A DNA stretch of 38,924 nt from a virus (taxonomy: Duplodnaviria; Caudoviricetes), in IMG/VR virus record IMGVR_UViG_3300032257_000049, positions 1 to 38,924 of that record; one strand, 5' to 3'. The notes below the pieces were generated by a model. It was not told the DNA's origin and ran no database searches. It saw only the letters and a list, made by a program, of their open reading frames with translations. A program made the translations under genes and the position numbers. This document shows positions 35,181 through 38,924 of the stretch, in pieces (position 1 is the first letter of the stretch; every line of letters starts with the position of its first letter).

Positions 35181-35561
35181 ATGGCTAAAGTATTAAAGCT
35201 GACGGGCCGCGTGAAAGTCCGTGTCAATAAAAAAGCAACTTATATTGGCGCGGGTTCTGATGTAACGGAAATAGCAAAAGCTGATATGAACAAATACGGT
35301 CTGAAAGAAAAAGACATTGATCGAATTGTAAATTCTGGCTGTGGATTTATTCACGATGATGATGCTGTTCCGATGCCACGCATCAATGTATTAGTTGAGG
35401 CAATACACGCGCTTGATCGTGAAAACGAAGATGAATTCACTGAATCTGGTGTGCCTGAAGTGGCGGTACTTAAAGAGCTTACAGAAAGTCAGGTGACTGC
35501 TGTTGAGCGTGATCAGGCATGGGAAGAATATCAGCGCCGTTATCCAGAAGCAGCTGAATAA
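35181..35561 (+). CDS. Packaging/head accessory protein (gpFI position)
   Basis: After MCP; C-terminal FTESGVPEVAVL...VTAVERDQAW small helical domain. Confidence 0.6.
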   Translation: MAKVLKLTGRVKVRVNKKATYIGAGSDVTEIAKADMNKYGLKEKDIDRIVNSGCGFIHDDDAVPMPRINVLVEAIHALDRENEDEFTESGVPEVAVLKELTESQVTAVERDQAWEEYQRRYPEAAE

Positions 35562-35584
35562 TTTTCAGTTAAATTAAGTAAAGC

Positions 35585-35611
35585 AAAAAAGCCCGCAGTG
35601 CGGGCTTTTTT
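35585..35611. terminator. Intrinsic terminator
   Basis: AAAAAAGCCCGC-AGT-GCGGGCTTTTTT. Confidence 0.85.
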
Positions 35612-35625
35612 ATTGGAAAAAAATC

Positions 35626-35916
35626 ATGCCGAAAAAAGGTGATGACCTCGATGCATTAACAGTGAAGACTGTTATTGAACATCATTCAAACACTGAAGTA
35701 ATGATTAATAATATTTTAGTGGATGCGATCTTTGACCATGCAGAAATAATTGAAAATGATGTGCTGGTGGAAAGACCTGTTTTAACAATTGCAACTGATG
35801 ACACGTTAGGTTTATCTAAAGATGATCCGGTGGTTGCAGGATCAAAAAAATTTACTTATTCCTATCAAAAAGATGACGGCACAGGCATGACCATGATTGT
35901 GCTGAAAGGTGCGTAA
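35626..35916 (+). CDS. Head-tail joining protein (gpFII-like)
   Basis: 96 aa; AIFD...DDGTGMTMIVL; synteny. Confidence 0.7.
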   Translation: MPKKGDDLDALTVKTVIEHHSNTEVMINNILVDAIFDHAEIIENDVLVERPVLTIATDDTLGLSKDDPVVAGSKKFTYSYQKDDGTGMTMIVLKGA

Positions 35917-36356
35917 TGGCTGACTTATTTTCAGAACAAATTCTGGAACGAATTGCGGTGTTATTAAAAACCACCACAACCGCAGGTGATGACGTGGAAC
36001 GTGACCGTGATGTGCCGGTTGATAGTGATAACAGTTTGACTATTGAGCAAGGTGAAAACGCACCACTGGATATTCAGGGCAATGCGTTTGTTGATTCTAA
36101 AATTAGCGTGTCAATCGTGGCGGCGGTTAGAAAAAACAAAACCTACAGTTCACAAATTAATCTGATCAAAAAAGAAGTTTACGCGGTGCTGATGACTTAC
36201 CCGCGAAACATTGGCCTTTCAAATATTGTTTCAAACGTGATGTGGGAAGGTGACGAAAAACCAGAAGTACATGGTGACGGTAATAAAACCGTCATGAAAA
36301 TGTCCATTAATTTTGACGTTTATTATCAACATTCAATAGCTGATGCGGGTGCATAA
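35916..36356 (+). CDS. Tail terminator (gpU-like)
   Basis: 146 aa; EQIL..I...; precedes the tail tube gene. Confidence 0.65.
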   Translation: MADLFSEQILERIAVLLKTTTTAGDDVERDRDVPVDSDNSLTIEQGENAPLDIQGNAFVDSKISVSIVAAVRKNKTYSSQINLIKKEVYAVLMTYPRNIGLSNIVSNVMWEGDEKPEVHGDGNKTVMKMSINFDVYYQHSIADAGA

Positions 36357-36357
36357 C

Positions 36358-36498
36358 ATGCCTAAAAAAGACAAAGAAAAACCCAAAGCAAAACGCGTTA
36401 CCTTAGCCAAAAGAAAAGGCGGGTCAACTGTTGTGAAGTCTGACAACAATCAGACTGAAAATTCAAAACCAGTAACCGTGGAGAAAGACAAATCATGA
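36358..36498 (+). CDS. Small Lys-rich protein (46 aa, not in ORF track)
   Basis: MPKKDKEKPKAKRVTLAKRKGG...; fills the gap with an ATGA overlap into the tail tube gene. Confidence 0.5.
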   Translation: MPKKDKEKPKAKRVTLAKRKGGSTVVKSDNNQTENSKPVTVEKDKS

Positions 36499-37433
36499 TG
36501 ACCATAAGTGAACTTATTCTGGCAAAAGTTGAAGCCACAAAGGGCGTGAATTCCACACCAACTGAAGCGGCTGATGCAGTGCTGGCGTCAGGGTTGAGCT
36601 GGAAACTTGAAGACCTGGGAATGATTGACCAGGCCGCTGAAATGGGATCTGGCACCGGTGCTGATCGTCAGTCTATTTTTGCTAACTATTTAAAAACTGT
36701 GACCTTTGATGTCAAATTGAAAGGTTCTGGTGTGGCGGGTACACCGCCAGAAGTGGCGGCGTTATTGCGCATGTGTGCAATGGCTGAAAATATTGTGCCC
36801 GCAACGTCAGTGACTTATCTGCCAGTCACTGATTTTGATACACAAGAAACTGGAACTTTGGTTTTTCAACATGAAGGTCTGCGTCACACCTTGACCGGTG
36901 CGGTGGGTACATACACGGCCAACTTTGAAACCAACAACGCCGTCATGTTGTCATTCACTATCACTGGTCACAGCACCAAACCGGTTGATAATGCGTTTAC
37001 ACCTGGCACCTATAACAACACGGTTCCACCTGTTGTCAGCGGTGCCGGTTTTAGTGCGGGAGGTTACGCGGCAGTGATCAGTTCACTGGCGTTTGATTAC
37101 GGTGCGAACGTGGCCAAACCAAAAGACATGAATCAGGCTGATGGCTTTGGCACGTTAGGGCTTTCCAAGTTCAGCCCGAAAGGTTCGTTTGATCCGTTAA
37201 TGGTCACGGTGGCGGTGAATGATTTCATGGGTGATCTTGAAGCGGGCACAAACATGGCGATGGATACCGGCCCCATTGGTGCAGACGCTGGCAACCGGAT
37301 ACGACTTCTTATGCCTGGTATTTATTACATGGATGCATCCCCTGGTGATCGTGAAGGTTTCAGAACCTATGAAATACCAATAGGTGCCACCGACGTGACC
37401 GGTGACGACTTCGCTTCATTTATTTTCACTTAA
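36495..37433 (+). CDS. Major tail tube protein
   Basis: ILAKVE...LKGSGVAGTPP...LLRMC; followed by chaperone and TMP. Confidence 0.8.
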   Translation: MMTISELILAKVEATKGVNSTPTEAADAVLASGLSWKLEDLGMIDQAAEMGSGTGADRQSIFANYLKTVTFDVKLKGSGVAGTPPEVAALLRMCAMAENIVPATSVTYLPVTDFDTQETGTLVFQHEGLRHTLTGAVGTYTANFETNNAVMLSFTITGHSTKPVDNAFTPGTYNNTVPPVVSGAGFSAGGYAAVISSLAFDYGANVAKPKDMNQADGFGTLGLSKFSPKGSFDPLMVTVAVNDFMGDLEAGTNMAMDTGPIGADAGNRIRLLMPGIYYMDASPGDREGFRTYEIPIGATDVTGDDFASFIFT

Positions 37434-37444
37434 GGATATTTATC

Positions 37445-37774
37445 ATGCCTGCTGCTTTACCTTCAATTGTTAAATCACCGTATGTTTCAAAACTTGAAAA
37501 AGACACACCCAAAGAAGACCAGACAACGTGGATGCTGCAACCGCTGAACGGTTTGCAGCGCATGGAAATTTCATCAATGGGGTTCACCGATTACACCGCC
37601 GCGCTGATGCTGGGTCTGGTGGGCTGGGAAAACTTTAAGGATGAAAACGGCGTTGAAATGGAATTCACCACCGAAAACATGAAAAGAGTGCCCGCGCTTT
37701 ATCTTCAAGATATTGCACTGGAACTGATCAAGCGTTCTGATCTGGATGAGGAAAAAATAAAAAACTCACCATAG
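37445..37774 (+). CDS. Tail assembly chaperone G
   Basis: LVGWENFKDENG motif; ends at the slippery site. Confidence 0.8.
   Translation: MPAALPSIVKSPYVSKLEKDTPKEDQTTWMLQPLNGLQRMEISSMGFTDYTAALMLGLVGWENFKDENGVEMEFTTENMKRVPALYLQDIALELIKRSDLDEEKIKNSP
37759..37765 (+). other. -1 programmed frameshift site A AAA AAC giving the GT fusion (37445..38046)
   Basis: In-frame X XXY YYZ heptamer; the -1 frame is open to TGA at 38046 and contains the 37864..38046 ORF. Confidence 0.85.
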
Positions 37775-38035
37775 CAGTTGAGGTTTATAACAATGCCAAA
37801 GAGTTTGACTGCGGCTCTTGTACACACCGGCATTGTGATGAAAAAAACCCTGGTCCACCTGGCATGTTCAACATCAATGATGAGATTTTTTCTAATACCT
37901 GTTTTCTGCCAATGATCACAGCTGAATCCCATTATTACATTAAATTCCACAAGCATTATAAGAACGGAATTTTAGTGATGCCTGGTTCACTTTTGGAACA
38001 ACCCAATGCATACCTTGAAGCAATGGAATTAATAG

Positions 38036-38924
38036 ATGGCCAATGAAGCTGAATTTAAAGTTAAAGCCGATGATAAAACGCGCGCTGCTTTTGAGGCGGT
38101 TGACCGTCGATTAAAGGAAACGGAACACCGCACCAAATCTTTGCGGAAAGAAATGGCCAACACGTCTGCGCAGGGCGGCACGCTGGTTTCAAATTTTGCA
38201 AAAGTGGGCACGGCTTTGTTGGCACTCACGGCAGGTGTTGGCGGATTAACTGCCACGTTGGGCGCGACGTCTGAATATGAAAAGTTAAATGCCCAGCTGA
38301 TTACGGCAACCGGATCAACTGAAAATGCCAGCACGCGTTTTGAACAGCTAAACGCACTGGCCACCACCACACCATTTGTGATCAATGAAGTGGTTGGCTC
38401 TTTTATAAAACTTAAAAATCTTGGTCTTGATCCGTCTGAACGATCATTGCGCAGCTATGGAAACACAGCGTCTGCAATGGGCAAAGATTTGGACCAGCTG
38501 ATTGAAGCGGTGGCTGATGCTAGCGTGGGTGAGTTTGAACGATTAAAAGAATTTGGTATTAAAGCGCGTTCACAAGGTGAAAACGTTTCCTTTACTTTTA
38601 AAGGCATGGAAACAACTGTTGCAAAAACGTCTGAAGAAATTCAGGGGTATTTGTTGGGGCTTGGTGAAACTGATTTTGCCGGTGCAATGGCTATTCAGTC
38701 AGACCATTTGGCCACGCGTTTTTCAAATCTGGAAGCGGCCACTGATCGTTTATTAATTAAGTTTGGCGAATCATCCGGTTTAACGCTGGCAGCAAAACAG
38801 AGCGCGTCAGGTCTGACGAATTTGTTCAACACAATGGCCGGTGGTCATCGGTCCATTGAAACCATTAAAACAGACATTACTGCGTTAACGGCGCGGTTAA
38901 GTGGTGTTGGTGCCCACATTCAAA
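38036..38924 (+). CDS. Tape measure protein, N-terminal part (runs off the window end)
   Basis: ATG 38036 open to the end; TPF...GNTASAMGKDLDQLIEAVADASVGEFERLKEFGI tape-measure domain. Confidence 0.92.
   Translation, partial: MANEAEFKVKADDKTRAAFEAVDRRLKETEHRTKSLRKEMANTSAQGGTLVSNFAKVGTALLALTAGVGGLTATLGATSEYEKLNAQLITATGSTENASTRFEQLNALATTTPFVINEVVGSFIKLKNLGLDPSERSLRSYGNTASAMGKDLDQLIEAVADASVGEFERLKEFGIKARSQGENVSFTFKGMETTVAKTSEEIQGYLLGLGETDFAGAMAIQSDHLATRFSNLEAATDRLLIKFGESSGLTLAAKQSASGLTNLFNTMAGGHRSIETIKTDITALTARLSGVGAHIQ

Larger units (their letters stand above)
1..38924. mobile_element. Near-complete circular temperate siphophage genome (cos-type, integrates at tRNA-Ser), excised form
   Basis: All lambdoid modules except lysis enzymes are present once; the tape-measure gene is split across the window ends; attP has arm repeats on both sides; no host genes seen. 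Confidence 0.93.

Overview
The window is an essentially complete, circularly permuted ~38.9 kb temperate siphophage genome, probably of a gammaproteobacterial host (sigma70 promoters, IHF sites, lambda-type head genes). It is in the excised state, with an intact attP carrying a tRNA-Ser 3' end and arm repeats on both sides. The window opens and closes inside the tape-measure gene. Order: tail tip (1-5.3 kb); accessory island with an antisense HEXXH lipoprotein and an ArdC-N/RadC(JAB)/Aca1-KorC-like module (5.3-8.3 kb); attP, P4-type integrase and AlpA excisionase; leftward early genes (YfdP-like, C5 DNA methyltransferase, antirepressor); immunity region; cro/cII; Toprim primase, VapE helicase and iteron origin; Q and pR'; holin followed by a 1047-aa fibre-like module; gpZ; lambda-like cos; TerS/TerL(GpA), W, portal, S49 protease, D, E; tail genes with a G/GT -1 frameshift. 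Most notable: (1) between OR and OL, in the lambda rexAB slot and behind a CI with no autocleavage domain, an XRE-HTH/PAS fusion plus a single-TM coiled-coil protein, a candidate phage one-component sensing system; (2) an Aca1/KorC-controlled, plasmid-leading-region-like anti-defence operon with twin operator-bearing promoters and a 39-bp inverted repeat; (3) no recognisable endolysin, spanin or other peptidoglycan hydrolase. All family calls are by motif recognition; no database searches were run.
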